A stretch of DNA of 64,000 nt from the human T2T-CHM13v2.0 reference genome, Homo sapiens: the NCBI RefSeq assembly GCF_009914755.1, contig NC_060932.1; one strand, written 5' to 3'. A program made the translations under genes and the position numbers. How positions within the stretch are numbered: position 1 is the stretch's first letter; the number at the start of each line of letters is the position of its first letter. Of this stretch, positions 47,402 to 61,605 are shown in pieces. A model generated the notes under the pieces. That model ran no database searches, was not told the origin of the DNA, and was given only the letters and a program-made list of their open reading frames with translations.

Positions 47402-48025
47402 TATCGTAAGAATTATGGCTGGTTGCCTGAAATATTGATTTGTTTCAGATCATAAGCTGAATATCACATGACAGCTTAATTTTTAAAAGTGACATACAGT
47501 TCTACTGTCTGTTTTAAAGTTTAAAAAGACTTCCCACATTTAGTGTCTGGATAAGTCTATGTGTTTCCATTTGCTGTGAGGCATGATGGAGCTGATTATA
47601 TGTTGAAAGTGTTTCTGTCTTACTGACAAATCAAAAAGTGTGAATTCAAGTTTCTGCACTTGGTTGAACAGTGATGCACTTCAGTCTGGCTAGACTTTAA
47701 TTTATACTCTATTTCCCTAAGGAAAGAAACCAAGTTTCCGGAGATAGCTGTCGTTAATTGAAGTTAGATCACACGGCCTCACATTCCTTAACCGCAGAGC
47801 ATTGAATGCAATGTTCTGGATCACATCAGCTGCCGGTGTAGCCCTATCACACGTACCTAATAAAATGTATTTGATTTGATGTCTGACTATTAATGAACAT
47901 CTGTGAGATACAACTTGGAATTCAACTTGTTTATTTAACTATGGAAAGAAATTCTACCTTTGATTAAAAACAATCTTTTTTTTTCTTATGATAATGGTTG
48001 CCTCCTCCCTCAAAGTTTCTTCCTT

Positions 48026-48080
48026 CATCTATCCATCCATCCATCCATCCATCCATCCATCCATCCATCCATCCATCTAT
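48026..48080. repeat. (TCCA)n microsatellite
   Basis: Seen directly. Probably seeded by an L2 tail. Confidence 0.93.
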
Positions 48081-49658
48081 TCATGCATTTATCCATTAAT
48101 TTGTTCAATATTTATTATTGGTCAATGATGTATGCATTGTGCAAGCTCTGGGGTTAAAAAGTGAGTGTGAAATTTCAGTTTAGAGATATGGAATAAGAAA
48201 TAAACTCTCTTCAGAATATCAGGACTTGATGAGCCTAAGGTGTTTTTCAAATAATAACAATGGGGCACTTGTTATGAACTTCATAACAACACTGTGTTGT
48301 AGTCTCCACCACCACCACCACCACCCCCATCATTCCCATTTATAGGTGAGTGGATTAAGACAAAAAGGTCATGTCCCTTGCCCATGGTTACACAGTATGA
48401 AGAGTAGAGCCAGAGTTTGAGACTCACTCCAGACCTCATGCTCCAGAATACTAACCAAGCTCTTGAAGAGCAGTGGTTTCAAGTGAAGCAAATGTTAGTT
48501 GAGAAAACAAATAATTTAAGGATGACTTTGTTTTTCTGAAAGATAAAATGTACTAGACAATTAAGGAAATGCTTTATTCAGGCTACTGCACCAGGGAGAA
48601 TGTTCAGTAATGAACACCTCACAGAAGAGAGAAAGAACTTTGAATTTTATAAAACAAGGGAGTCATTGAGGAAAGGAGGAAGTAGGTCCTATCTCTAACC
48701 CTGCAAACACAGGATGGTCCTCTGCTATTAGTTGGCCATTTCTTAGAACATAAAAAAGTCACAAAAGGGTGGAAGAATTTCTCGAACCTGTTGCTACTTT
48801 CCAGAAGTACAGGGTTCACATAAAGTTAAACACTGTCAGTGCCCACTTTTGTTCAAAACAATGAATGTCATTCCTCCCTCAACAACTCAGTAGCAATCAC
48901 AAACCTCCTGACTGGGACAAAGCAAGATCTAGGAAATAGTCTCCTGAGGACTCTTATCGGTGTCGTTTCTGTAAAATCGGATGAACTCTGTTTGGCAGTG
49001 GTGCAGTCAGTCTTCAGAGTGCTAGAGATCAGGCATCTTTAAACAGAGATGCTTGAAGTGAGAAAGAAAAATATTAATGCAAAAATTGATTAAAATAAAG
49101 AGCCAGGAGTTAAACTCTGAGAGTAACTAAGCCAGTAGATTCCAAAAAATTGTTGGAGGAAAATCTTTTGGATATGCAGGACTGCTCCTGGAGTTTCTTG
49201 AAGCTCTGGAGTAGGAGGTCAGTGCTCTTGGCGATGTTGTTTGTGGTCATGGTGTCTCTCTTGGAAGCAGGTGCATCACCCAAGTACTTTACCACACTTT
49301 AGTGGCTCATACAGACTCTCCCTTGGTGTCCAGGGAGAAATCCAGCCCATGCATGGTCAGCTGCAGTAGTAACTCCTTTGAGGTTTATATCAAGTCTTCA
49401 GGCTTCAGCTGGTGGGTCTTCTTCAGATTCTGGGGAAAACGGCCAGCTGCCAGGCAATTGAGTCCCAACAGGGATCTGGGCAGTTATTTAGGCCGACTAC
49501 ATAGACAACAAGAATACCTTTTATCCCCTCTTCCTAGAGTGGGCCAATAAGCCAAGAAAATTTTGCCATTTTTACAGAGACAAGACCAAATTCTATTTTT
49601 GTACCAGTATAATATTTGATTTAAAATATCCTTGAGAAAACCTTATAAGTAAATTTAT

Positions 49659-50188
49659 TGTGATAGGCAGGGTGATGCCCCTCCCCCTACCCCCAATGAC
49701 ATCCGTATTTTAATCCCTGGAACCTATAAACATGTTATGTTACACAGCGTGGAAGAATTAAGATTGCTCATGGAATTAAGGTTGTCAACCATCTGATCTT
49801 AAAGTAACAAAATTGTCCTGTATTATTTAGTGGACCCAGTGTAATCACAATGGTCATCTAAATGTGGAATGTTGGGGTGGGGGGGAACAGAAGAATCAGT
49901 GTCAGAGTGATGCAACATGAGAAAGACTTGACTGATCATTGCTGGCTTTGAAGATGGAAGGAGTCCATAAACCAAGAAATTCAGGCAATCTCTGCAATCC
50001 TGAAAACGTTAGGAAATGAATTCTCTTCTAAAGCCTCCAGGAATGCAGACTGATGATACCTTGATTTTAGCCAAGTGAGGTTCACTTTGGACTTGTGACC
50101 TCCAGAATCATAAGATAGTAAATTTGGGTTATTTTCAGCTACTAAATTTTTGGTAATTTGCTTCAGGAGCAATTGGAAACTAATGAAC
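49659..50188 (+). mobile_element. MLT1D-like MaLR LTR
   Basis: taatccctggaacct...atggaattaaggttg...attgctggctttgaagatggaag...gcaattggaaactaat. Confidence 0.82.
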
Positions 50189-50323
50189 CCATCAAACTTC
50201 AGTCAGCTTTAATCATGACAAAAAAAAATCCCTTCCCACAAATCTTTCACAACTTTTTATATTCACTCAGGTTTTACCCTACATTTTGTCCCCCTCATTC
50301 TGGAACAACCAGTCATTTTACTT

Positions 50324-51835
50324 TATCGGGGGAGCCCATCCCCGATAATTCTTTGTGGGTTCTTTTCTATTTTCCCTAAGAGTCGGCTGGTCTGAGAAAT
50401 AAAGGGAAAGAGTACAAAAGAGAGAAATTTTAAAGCTGGGTGTCCAGGACAGACATCACATGTCAGCAGGTTCCATGATGCCCCCTGAGCCATAAAACCA
50501 GCAAGTTTTTATTAGCAATTTTCAAAGGGGAGGGAGTGCATGAATAAGGTGTGGGTCACAGAGATCACATGCTTCATGGGCAACAAAAGATCACAAGGCA
50601 GAAGGTCAGGGTGAAACTAGAATCACTAATGAACTTCCATGTGCACGCATTGTCAGGGTTCAAGAGCAGATAACTGGTCTGACTAGAATTCGCCAGGCTG
50701 GAATTTCCTAATCCTAGCAAGCTTTGGGGCGCTGCAGGAGACTAGGGCGTGTTTCATCCCTATCTACATCTGCATAAAGGCAGACAATCCCAGGGCAGCC
50801 ATTTTAGAGGCCCCACCGTTGGAATGCATTCTTTTCCTAGGGCTGTTAATTATTAATATTCCTTACTGGGGAAAGAATTCAGTGATATTTCTCTTACCCA
50901 TTTTCCATAATAAGAGAAATATGGCTCTGTCCTGCCCAGCCCACAGGCAGCCAGACTTTAAGGTTATCTCCCTTGTTCCCTGAAAATTGCTGTTATCCTG
51001 TCCTTAAGGTGCCCAGATTTGATATTGTTCAAACACACATGCTCTACAAAAAATTTGTGCAGTTAACGCAATCATCACGGGGTCCTGAGGCAACATACAT
51101 CCTCAGCTTAGGAAGATGACGGGATTAAGAGATTAAAGTAAGGACAGGCATAGGAAATCACAAGAGTGAGGAGAGAGAGACCCTCTCATATTGTTTTATA
51201 CTCAGTACCTGTTTTAAGAAGAAACAACAAGGAAGTGAAATCAAAGACAGGCAGCCCGGTGCCAGGCCCAAAACCAGACCTGGGCCTGCCTGGCCTAAAC
51301 ATAGTAGTTAAAAATCAACTCATGACTTAGAAACCGATGTTATTCATAGATTCCAGACATTGTATAGAAGAGCATTGTGAAACTCCCTGCCGTGTTCTGT
51401 TTCTCTCTGACCACCGGTGCATGCAGCCCCTGTCACGTACCCCTTGCTTGCTCAATCAATCACAACCCTTTCATGTGAAATCTTTAGTGTTGTGAGCCCT
51501 TAAAAGGGACAGAAATTGTGTAGTCGGGAGCTCGGATTTTAAGGCAGTAGCTTGCCGATGCTCCCAGCTGAATAAAGCCCTTCCTTCTACAACTCGGGGT
51601 CTGAGAGGTTTTGTCTGCAGCTCGTCCTGCTACAAGAGTATTGATTGGGGAAGTGATAAATGTCCATGAAATCTTCACAGTTTATGTTCAGAGATTGCAG
51701 TAAAGACAGGCATAAGAAATTATAAAAGTATTAATTTGGGGAACTAATAAATGTCCATGAAATCTTCACAATTTATGTTCCTCTGCCATGGCTTCAGCTG
51801 GTCCCTCTGTTCGGGGTCCCTGACTTACCACAACA
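50324..51835 (-). mobile_element. MER11 (HERV-K11/HML-8) solo LTR, split by LTR15
   Basis: Ends gtccctctgttcggggtccctgacttaccacaaca (reverse complement of the MER11 start). Has the internal repeat tgtccatgaaatcttcaca and a 6-bp TSD TTACTT (50318-50323, 51836-51841). Confidence 0.9.
51167..51634 (+). mobile_element. LTR15-like ERV1 solo LTR
   Basis: tgaggagagagagaccctctcatattgttttatactcagtacc...aataaagccc...cgtcctgctaca, with 4-bp TSD AGAG. Confidence 0.8.
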
Positions 51836-52155
51836 TTACTTGAGGACAGAACTACGCTCATTTCCTTAACACAAATACATCTCTTACACTACAACTTCTC
51901 AAAGTAGCAAAAATGAACCTTCTCTTTAACAGATCCAAATACATACCCTTTATGTATCACAAAAATAAGAGACAAAAATACATAAATTTAAACTGTGCTT
52001 GATAACTAACATTTCAGCATTTTTTCTTACTTAAAAATGACCTAGGCATCCAGTGAATATTGATTAACTCAATGTAGTATCAGTGCAAAATTTAGTTACC
52101 TAAACATCTTGGAAATCATCTTCAAGTTGACATACTACAAAATATAAGTGCTATT

Positions 52156-52874
52156 TGTAATAAAGAGACTGCCTACATTACTATTTGACTGCTGACAGCT
52201 TTTATTTTATTTATTTTTTTTTTCTGCCCCCAGGCTGGAGTGCAGTGGCATGACCTCGGCTCACTGTAACCTCTGCCTCCTGGGTTCCAGCAATTCTCCT
52301 GCCTCAGTCTCCTGAGTAGCTGGGATTACAGGCACCCGCCACCACACCCGGCTAATTTTTGAATTTGTAGTAGAGATGGCGTTTCACCATGTTGGCCAGG
52401 CTGGTCTTGAACTCCTGACCTCAAGTGATCCACCCACCTTGGCTGCCCAAAGTGCTGCTGGGATTACAGGGATGAGCCACTGCACCTGGCCAGCTGACAG
52501 CTTTCAAGCCTCACCTCTCCATCTTTTTCTGTCCCACATGTGAGCAAACTGAAGAGAAAGCTTGTGTTCTTCCTTCCTTGGTGCTGATGGGAAGTTCAAG
52601 CCCAGCAAGTCCCTGCTTGCAGGTGGGAAACATCGCTCCATGCCCACCCCCTAACCACCATCAAAACCTCAAACCAGTCTCCTTTCCTTGCCTTCTGCCA
52701 AGTCAGTTTAGGCCTATTTGGAAGGGCTTCCCTCTTTGTTGTCTCCAGAAAGCCTCCTTATATGAGTAATAAAACTTCTGATACCTTCTTAGTGTTCGTG
52801 TGACATCATCAGTCTGCAATCTGAACCACATTTTGGGTGGGTGTCCGTTCTCTCTTTGCAGTGTGTCCACAACA
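52156..52874 (+). mobile_element. ERVL-type LTR (MER54-like), split by an Alu
   Basis: ctgctgacagctttcaagcc...gagtaataaaac...ttttgggtggg...ccacaaca. Family assignment tentative. Confidence 0.5.
52203..52491 (-). mobile_element. Alu (AluSx-like)
   Basis: Antisense dimer with TSD gctgacagcttt. Confidence 0.95.
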
Positions 52875-53165
52875 CTGTTGAAATACAATCTGTCAAAACA
52901 GTGATTCTGTTTACATTTTTTAATCCTAAACATTCAGTAGAAATAATGCTACATTATTCAATCAGTAAACTGTATGTTTAGGAAAAACATACCTATGTAG
53001 ACGAAGGTCTACATGTATATTATCCTTCAACCTGGCCTATTGGATAATATATACCTGTTTTTAATTAAATCAAAACAATTAAGGTAGTCTTGTTTGCCAA
53101 AGATTTATGTAAATTATATGAACTTGAATTCTTAAAAAGTTCCTGAGTTCATTTTTATAAGATAC

Positions 53166-53297
53166 TTCTTTTATTTTTTATAGAGAGATGGGGTCTCACT
53201 CTGTTGCCCAGGCTGGTCTTGAACTCCTGGGCTCAAGCAATCCCCCATCTCAGCCTCCTGAGTAGCTGGAATTTCAGATGAGTGCCACCATACCCGG
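53166..53297 (-). mobile_element. FLAM-type Alu monomer
   Basis: Single left-arm-like monomer (agagatggggtctcactctgttgcccaggctggtcttgaactcctgggctcaagc). Confidence 0.82.
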
Positions 53298-54019
53298 TTC
53301 TTTTTTATTTATATTGAAAATATTTGAGGGTGAATTTTCTTAATTTATGGTAATTTTAGGAATGTCCCATTAATAAGTGTTTTTTTTTAATCTTTAAGTC
53401 AATTAGAATAGGGCTCTTTTAAGAGATTTTATAATCTAATTTATTACCATCAGAGGAAGAAAATATTACATACTTGTATGATGAGATGCAACAGCCTTAC
53501 TGAATGACAGACATATAAACATGCAGACAGACACAAATAGAAAGTTTGTAGCTTTATTTTTAAAATTTTAGCCATCTGTCAAGTATAAACACAAAAGTAC
53601 ACATCTTACTTGTCCATATCTGTTGAGCTGTTTTTTCCCACTGGGTACAAATTCTTAATTTATTTGAGCTCTAACAGACAAAAAGATAAACAGAAAAAGT
53701 TAACATACCAGATTCCCTGTTGCCTTTCAACCAAGAGAAACAGGATCCCTATAAATGATTAATACATTTATAGAAATCACCAAATGATCACAACGATGAA
53801 ACCAAAAGAAGCTGGCACCAGATTTAAAATGAATACTCAAGAGGAGTTAAATTGAATTATTGTAATGCTACAGATGGACAAGAGTCCAGAAGACAGGACC
53901 AAGAGCTTAACTCACTTTGGGGTCCCTGGATCACCACTCAGGAACAGAGCACACAGGGCTCTGAAAAACCTTATTTCTTGGTAGGAGCAGACAGAGATCT
54001 GAAGGTGAGGACCAGCCCT

Positions 54020-54037
54020 ATCTCAGTCATGGCACCA
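54020..54037 (-). other. Primer-binding site, tRNA-His type
   Basis: Minus strand TGGTGCCATGACTGAGAT vs PBS-His TGGTGCCGTGACTCGGAT (15/18), 3 nt from the 5' LTR end. Confidence 0.7.
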
Positions 54038-55977
54038 AACTGTGAAAGAGAAAATGCACTAGACAATTTAAAGAATGATTTTATTCAGGCTATTGCAACA
54101 GGGAAAACATTTATTAATGATGACTGTTTCAAAGAAGAGAAAGAAAACTTGGGGTTTTACGAAATGGAATCATTGAGGAAGAGTGGAGTGGAGGTTAAGT
54201 CTAATCTGGAAATATATGAGGACATGGTGGCTCTTTGGAGTTGGCTGATTAGCTGCTTAGTCATTTTACTGTTTCTAATAACATAAAAGGATCACAAAGG
54301 GTGGAGGGTTTCTCAACTGTCTCAATTATTTTCCATAAAGAGAGGGATCAGGTGAAGTTCAACACTGCCTGTGATTTTATAATAAGCTCTTGGCTTTATC
54401 ACTTCCTTGACCATGAAAACCTCATTCACACAAGCAGATCATAGTATCCCTGGGAGGGCTTTTTATGTCCTGTAACATCAGGTACTATATGGACATTTTC
54501 GTAGTCTTTAAAACAATTTTAAATGCGCTGCATGCCTTTATGTATTTAAATTTTTAAAAAGAAAACCTCATTTGCTGCTTACAAACATTTTTAGAGACGG
54601 TATGAAAAGTAAATTACTAACCAGAAAACCAGACTTTAACTTATTTTCCCACTGACCATTTAAGGTAGGGAATTTAAGTGATTTTAAGGACAAGTAGACA
54701 CGTTCTAGAAATGTCTGCCATGATTAAGGGAAGATCACTGGCCAGGACACCTGGGTATCTCTTACAATGGGCAATTTTAGTCTTTTCTGAAGTGGAGCTT
54801 TGAGGATGCAGGGGCAGATGCAGGCTTTGTTTGGCACCTGTGAGAACACCAGGGACCCAGGGAAATTAGATATGAATAACAGTTTGAAAAATGCTCAATG
54901 AGTTAGACTGCTCCAGGGTGGCACTGCCATTTCAGTCTGCAGAGTACAAGAGTAGCTAGGCAAGCTGATAGAAACCATAGAATCCTGGCCAGAGCTGTGT
55001 TTCTGCTGCACCATAACAACTCAAGAAGGAGTTCTCTATTAGTAGGAGTTTTGGGAACGTTCGATGTATATTTCAAAGAAAAGAATATTCTACAATTATT
55101 GGATTAAGGTTCTGTGTACATCTATTGGGTTATGCTTGTTAATCATGATGTTCAATGGTGATTTTTACCTTTTGAAAAATCTGGTTCTATCCATTAGGAA
55201 AGATTTGTCAATACGTTTCCTTCTGTGATGGTGAATTTGCCTGTTTTCTCCTGTCATTTTCTGCTTATAGTTTTGAGGTTGTGCTACTAAGTGCAAATAA
55301 ATAAATTTAGAATTGTTTCATCCTTCCAGTGAGCTGAGACTTTTGTCATAAAGAGTAAAAGCATTTTTTGCCTTAATTTCTATTTTGTATGATGTTAGTT
55401 TGGTATACTCAAATTTTGTTTTGGCTGGCATTTGACTTTTATAGTTACTTCCATCTTTTTATTTTTTAAACCCTTTTTGGGGAAACTTATGTATCTCTTC
55501 CTCTTTGCATGTAGCTGAATTCTGACCCCCTTATGAATATTTGTGCCATTTAACTGAAGATTTCAAGTATTTCCATTAACCTACTTCAATTTATTGAAAA
55601 TACTAATATATATGTATTTATCTCTACCATTTTATTTTGTGATTTTTATTTTATTTTGGTATTTCTGTTTCTTTTTTCCCTTTATTGCCTGCCCGTTTTT
55701 CAATTGATTGGGAGCTATTTCCTTCCTTCCACTTGCTCTTAAACTTCTATAATAGGCATACTTAATATAGAAAGTTAAAAATTGAAAATTAAAATTAAAA
55801 TGCCATTTTAATCACTTTTATCATTCTGGGTCCAACAAGGAAAAAAGAAATCACTTTTAATCTTTTAGTAGAAGAAATTTAATATAGGGAATTGGTTACA
55901 GAAGTGATGGTAATGCTAAGCTGTAGGGAGGATGGCAATGCAGCACTGAGCACCAGCAAGAAGTTGCTTATGTATCA

Positions 55978-56407
<430 letters not shown>

Positions 56408-57384
56408 TACCTTTAATATTTTCCATTTCTTTACTCTCTGTGTTTTCTGCATTCTGTGTAGTTTTGTCCAACATCTTCAAATGTACTCATTCTTATCTTA
56501 GGTATGCTGTTTAACCGTTCCAAATCGTTCTAAAATTTAAATTGTTATGTTATTTATTTCTAAAACAACTCTTTGGTTCTTTAAAAAATTCTGCCAGTTC
56601 ATTTTTTATAATGTCTTGCTCCTGTTTTATAGATATATATGATATATATCATAATTATTTTGTGTTTTATATTCTGCACCTGGAAATTATAGTGTCTTAT
56701 ATTTCTGAGTGTCTGATTCTGTTCCTGGTTGTTTTTTCTGTCCCTCACGTCTAGCGATTTATTTTCTTGTGTATTTTATTATTATTTTTATTGTGAACTT
56801 ATATTTGTTGGAAATGTTTCTGAGAATTCTTTAAATCTGGGCACGAACATGTAGGAACGGTCAGGGAGTGTTTATTTTTACTCCTACCAGTACCTGGGGG
56901 CATTATAAACTTGCAAACACTTTAAGCTATAATTTTTGGTTTGTAGTTTTTAGTGCCATGAAAATACTGTAAATCAGGTTCTACACCCACAGGAGATCTG
57001 GCTGGTAATCAAGAACACTCAGGAAAGATTTTTCTTTTAACCTCTACCTCGAAGCAAGGCCAAGACAGAAAACTTTCTTGCCAACTGCTTTTGTGGAAAG
57101 GTTATTATTTTCCTAGTTTGCCCTGTTTCTGAGAGAATGTTTCTCCAAGATCCTGACATTAAGTGGGATGAACTTTGATCCAGCTCCCTTCTCTACAAAG
57201 GCCCAAGGCTTTGTCCCTGGACTCCCTGTGCACTGACACTCCAGGCTTCAAGGTGGGGGCGATGCCAGAGCATCCCGCAGATTTAGGGTTCACTTGCTCC
57301 CCTCCTCACATGCTTCCGCTTTGCTCCTCTTCTCTGGGTTTTCCCCCAACACTTTCTCACAGGCATAGTCAATCTTTCAAAAGG

Positions 57385-57387
<3 letters not shown>

Positions 57388-57436
<49 letters not shown>

Positions 57437-57605
57437 ATGTATATATACACATATATGTATATACATATATAATAATTATATATGTACATATATAATAATT
57501 ATATATGTACATATATAATAATTATATATGTACATATATATAATTATTATATATATGTACATATATAATTATTATATATATGTATATATACATATATATA
57601 TAATT
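57388..57605. repeat. (GT)n plus AT-rich quasi-palindromic minisatellite
   Basis: About 21 GT units, then repeated ~23-bp units of atatataataattatatatgtac. Confidence 0.92.
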
Positions 57606-57624
57606 TTTAGAAGTTACATTAGGG

Positions 57625-57955
<331 letters not shown>

Positions 57956-58084
57956 TCATAAAATAAAGATGTTGCAATAGCAAATAAATAAGGGTAGCAA
58001 TTTCCAAGTTATATTTTGTAATATGATAGAAATATTATTCAAATAGTATTTCTTTGCATCTGCTAATATTTTTCTCTATTTCCT

Positions 58085-58300
58085 ATAGGTCAGACTCTCT
58101 GCCAAGCACTTTGCGTAGTTATCTAATTCAATCATTGTATCCATTCCATGAAGTAGATATTATTATTATCATCCCCCTTTTATATCTTAGAAAAATGAAG
58201 CTCAGAAATATTAACATACTACAAATCATATAATTAATGTGTTAGAGGTATATTTGAAATCAAGTTTCTCTGAATATAAAACCCACATTCTTAACCACTC
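58085..58300 (-). mobile_element. MIR
   Basis: ccatgaagtagatattattattatcatccccctttta...aaaatgaagctcaga...cacattcttaaccact. Confidence 0.7.
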
Positions 58301-61255
58301 TAGTATAAAATTGAGTACAAATAGAATGAGTGGGTGGCTCTAGACTCAATAAAGTAATCTTCTTAAAGTCTTCATCATCATGAGCTACTACTTTTTTAAT
58401 CTTTGATTTTATTTCTAGGGATATGGTGATAAGACTTTGCTGTTGAAATTCTAAATACTCTTTATTATTATTTTGAAAACTCTATTTATATCAAAGTCTT
58501 TGCTGGAGTTTGGTAAGCTCCCATCAACTTTATCTCTAAATCTGTTCTTTAAGCCTTTTTGAAAACTTACCTTTAAAGTATGCTCTCTGACAGGTGAACA
58601 GGTCTGCAAGACAAGAGAGCTGACAAATCAGACAGAATTTTAGATGGCATTAGAAACCCATGCTTGATTTCCTTCCTTTTGCATATTTTTGAAAGCATGA
58701 TGATGACAGTGAGAAGTCTTTTCTCTGTGAATGTGAATCCAAGTTAATGCATGAAACATTGCCGATCAAAAAGAAGACATCAACTAAGGAGAATGTGAAC
58801 CAGATTCGAGAGAAAGAAAATCATCCTTAATCTGAGCTTAGATACCCTGCAGCAAACTTTTTACATGTGATCATTAATGAGAAATCTATAAAACAAGAGA
58901 AGGCCAGCTTCAGGAAGAAAGGAGAAAATAAAGAACTGAATAGTTAGAGACTTCATATAGGGATATAAAAAATGAAAACATGAACTAGAGAATGAACAAT
59001 ATTAGTGATCAATCACTATAATAGGCACAATGCAACAGGGAGAGTCAAAAGTCCCACAGGAGCACCTGAGGAGGAGGGATCAGTCTCTCCAGTTCTTTTT
59101 TTAGAATGAATGCAAGACAGTTCAGTAATGAAATGAATGTTGGTCATTATCAAATGTTAAAATTCCTTCCCTTTCTGGGTGTGTTAAGAAAAATAGCATT
59201 CATCTTCTAGGATCTTTCTGTTTTCACAGCTAGTGCTGAAATGTGGAAGTGATTCCAGGTGAAATCCTTAAAGTTTACTTCAAAAAGTAGAATGCCATTA
59301 CCATGAATGATCTTTGAGAAATAGCCTTCTCTTTCACCTAATAAAGATGTTAAAAGTGGACTATTATTGCTACGGTTATAAAATAAATGTGCAGAAGTAG
59401 TATAGAAATAGGAGAGGCAGCGTAGTGTTTCCTGGTATGTAAATCCTGAGGCTGATTCAGTCCAGGTGACTGTATCTGAAATGGTCAAGGATGGAGGATG
59501 GATATTATTAGTGTAGTGAGATAAGCAGATTTTCAGATGTTCTCTGTCTGCTGAAGGATCAGAAAATGAGAAGATTAGCAGATTGATTTCCTTTTATCTA
59601 CTTATGGATCTATCATTATATTAAGCCTTTATTGTTCTAGGATGGTGGTTTTGAATGGTTGTAACATGCATAGGGTAAATTTGCTGGAATGCAAAACATT
59701 TCACTGGCACCCTCTGGACTGACTAGGGCAAATGACCACAGTTCCTACCCAGGGTGCAAACCTTCATGCTTTTTAACCCTTGCCATAAGCAATTCAGTCT
59801 CACCCTATACCATGTATGTGGAGTTCATGGTGCTGTCCATGCTCTAATAAGAGCATTAACCAAGCTTGTCTAATTGAATATCCACATTGACCTCTCCTCC
59901 CTTCACATATTCCATTGAAATGATTATAAGGAAATTTAAAGCAGAATTAATTCATGATACCCCTGAGATGAGAGGAGAGAACAGTGGAGATCAGAGATTG
60001 CAACCAGTTTCCTGAAGATGGAAAACCAAATGGACAATACTGAAAGATAAATTAAAGCAGGAGCCAAATTCCAAAAGAATCATCATCAAAGTGTCTACAG
60101 TGGAAGCAGAAGCTGGCGACATGATCATAGGAAGACTACAGACTAAGAGTGATGAGAATAGAGAATAAGAATTGGTAGGCGATTAACTCAGGAGTTATCT
60201 AGAAAGTGTTTCTAGACTGGTTTTGAGCTTGGGCTCTCACCCCCACCCCTCACCATCATCTCCTCAATGAATTATGGTGATTATTTCTAGGATAAAACTG
60301 GAGCAATGGCCTCTAAAATAGATCAGCTAATATACATGAGGAATCCTAGGGTTCAGAGTGTGGGTATGGCACCCCGCTAAAGAAAACTCTCTTTGTTAGA
60401 GTTGGTAGGGATAGGAGTTGGGGTACCCATTGTGTACCCTAAAGCAGGCCTTGCCGGTTGATGGGTGGCACCATGTGCACAGAAACTACAGCCAGCCTTT
60501 CCATTCAGATGAGGGACTTAGCAGGGAATTGAGATTCTATGTATTCATAGGACATCCATGCCATATACCCGTATCAGCAACTCAGTCCTTTATCCATGAA
60601 CGAGAATGGACAATCAACAACCCTCCTTTTTCAAGGGCAAAACAGGTACAAAAGGAAAAGATAATTGACCCTGGAGAAAACAGGATTAATTAAAGAATCA
60701 GAAGGGAAATTAAAACATATGTTAGTAATATCTTCTGAGAGACTTGGAGAGATATTGATCCATAAAATAAGAATAGGTTGCTATAAAAAAGAATTTAAAA
60801 AATAAATTTTGAAATTTAAAAACGCAACTAGCAATCTAGAGGTTAAGTGTGCCCACCCGATTTTGAATTTTCCCATACCTTTCCTAGATGACATAAAATC
60901 AACAATGAAAGTAAATAAAATCACACAAGACTCATACTTTCAGCATTTCAAGGTGACAGAGAATATTATGGTTGTCAAATTGCATGTCAGTGGATAACCA
61001 AAAAAATTCCAGTAAATATTGAGAATTCCTTGCATTCTAAATGTAGGAGATTGTTTGAATAAGCACAATGGAGTACTATGCAGCTGTAACAAAGAACAGG
61101 ATGCTTATGTGACATTAAATTTATCTCCCCACATGTGGCTTATTAGTTGCCAGAGAGAAACAGTGATTATACAGTGAAGTACCCATATGTCTCCACTTTT
61201 GATTACTTTTGATCAAAAGTAACTACCATTGAAGGGCAAATGAGCACTGAGTGCT

Positions 61256-61432
61256 TTGTCAGTTTGCTGGGGCTGCTGTAACAAAGTACCACAAACTGGG
61301 TGACGTAAGCAACAGAAATGTACTGTCTCACAGTTCTGGAGGCAGGAAGTCCAAGATCAAAGTGTGGGCAAGCTTGGTTCCTTTGGAGGGCTGTTGGGGA
61401 AGGATCCGTATCCCAGGCTTTTCTCCTTGACT
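61256..61432 (-). mobile_element. MLT1B/C-like LTR fragment
   Basis: gggctgctgtaacaaagtaccacaaactgggtg...tctcacagttctggaggcaggaagtccaagatcaa. Confidence 0.82.
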
Positions 61433-61479
61433 TATACATACATGTATACCTGCACACAGAGACCGTGTGCCCAGACATG

Positions 61480-61605
61480 CAAATGATAAAGCAAATGGGA
61501 CAAAATGTTAACAATTGGTGAAGCTGGGTAAAGGATATGCAGGTGTTTTTTATACTGTTCTCACAAACTTTTCAGTTAAGTTTGAAATTATTTCTTAAAA
61601 GAAAG
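61480..61605 (+). mobile_element. L1ME/MC 3' end fragment
   Basis: aaaatgttaacaattggtgaagctgggtaaaggatatg...aagtttgaaattattt. Confidence 0.65.

Larger units (their letters stand above)
48537..54370 (-). mobile_element. Decayed two-LTR endogenous retrovirus (ERV1-class, MER4-group-like) with nested insertions
   Basis: Homologous LTRs at 48537-48838 and 54041-54370 (tgaaaga.aaaatg.actagacaatt...tttattcaggcta.tgca.caggga...tcacaaa.gggtgga...aacactg). PBS at 54020-54037, PPT-like AAAAGTGGG next to the 3' LTR. No intact gag/pol/env seen. Confidence 0.8.

Noticed and set aside
51653-51780. Repeated tgtccatgaaatcttcaca segment
   Set aside because: It is an intrinsic internal repeat of the MER11 consensus.
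53852-54286. Longest ORF (144 aa) with a hydrophobic C-terminus
   Set aside because: It has a TTG start and runs antisense across the ERV leader, PBS and LTR. Consistent with a chance open frame.
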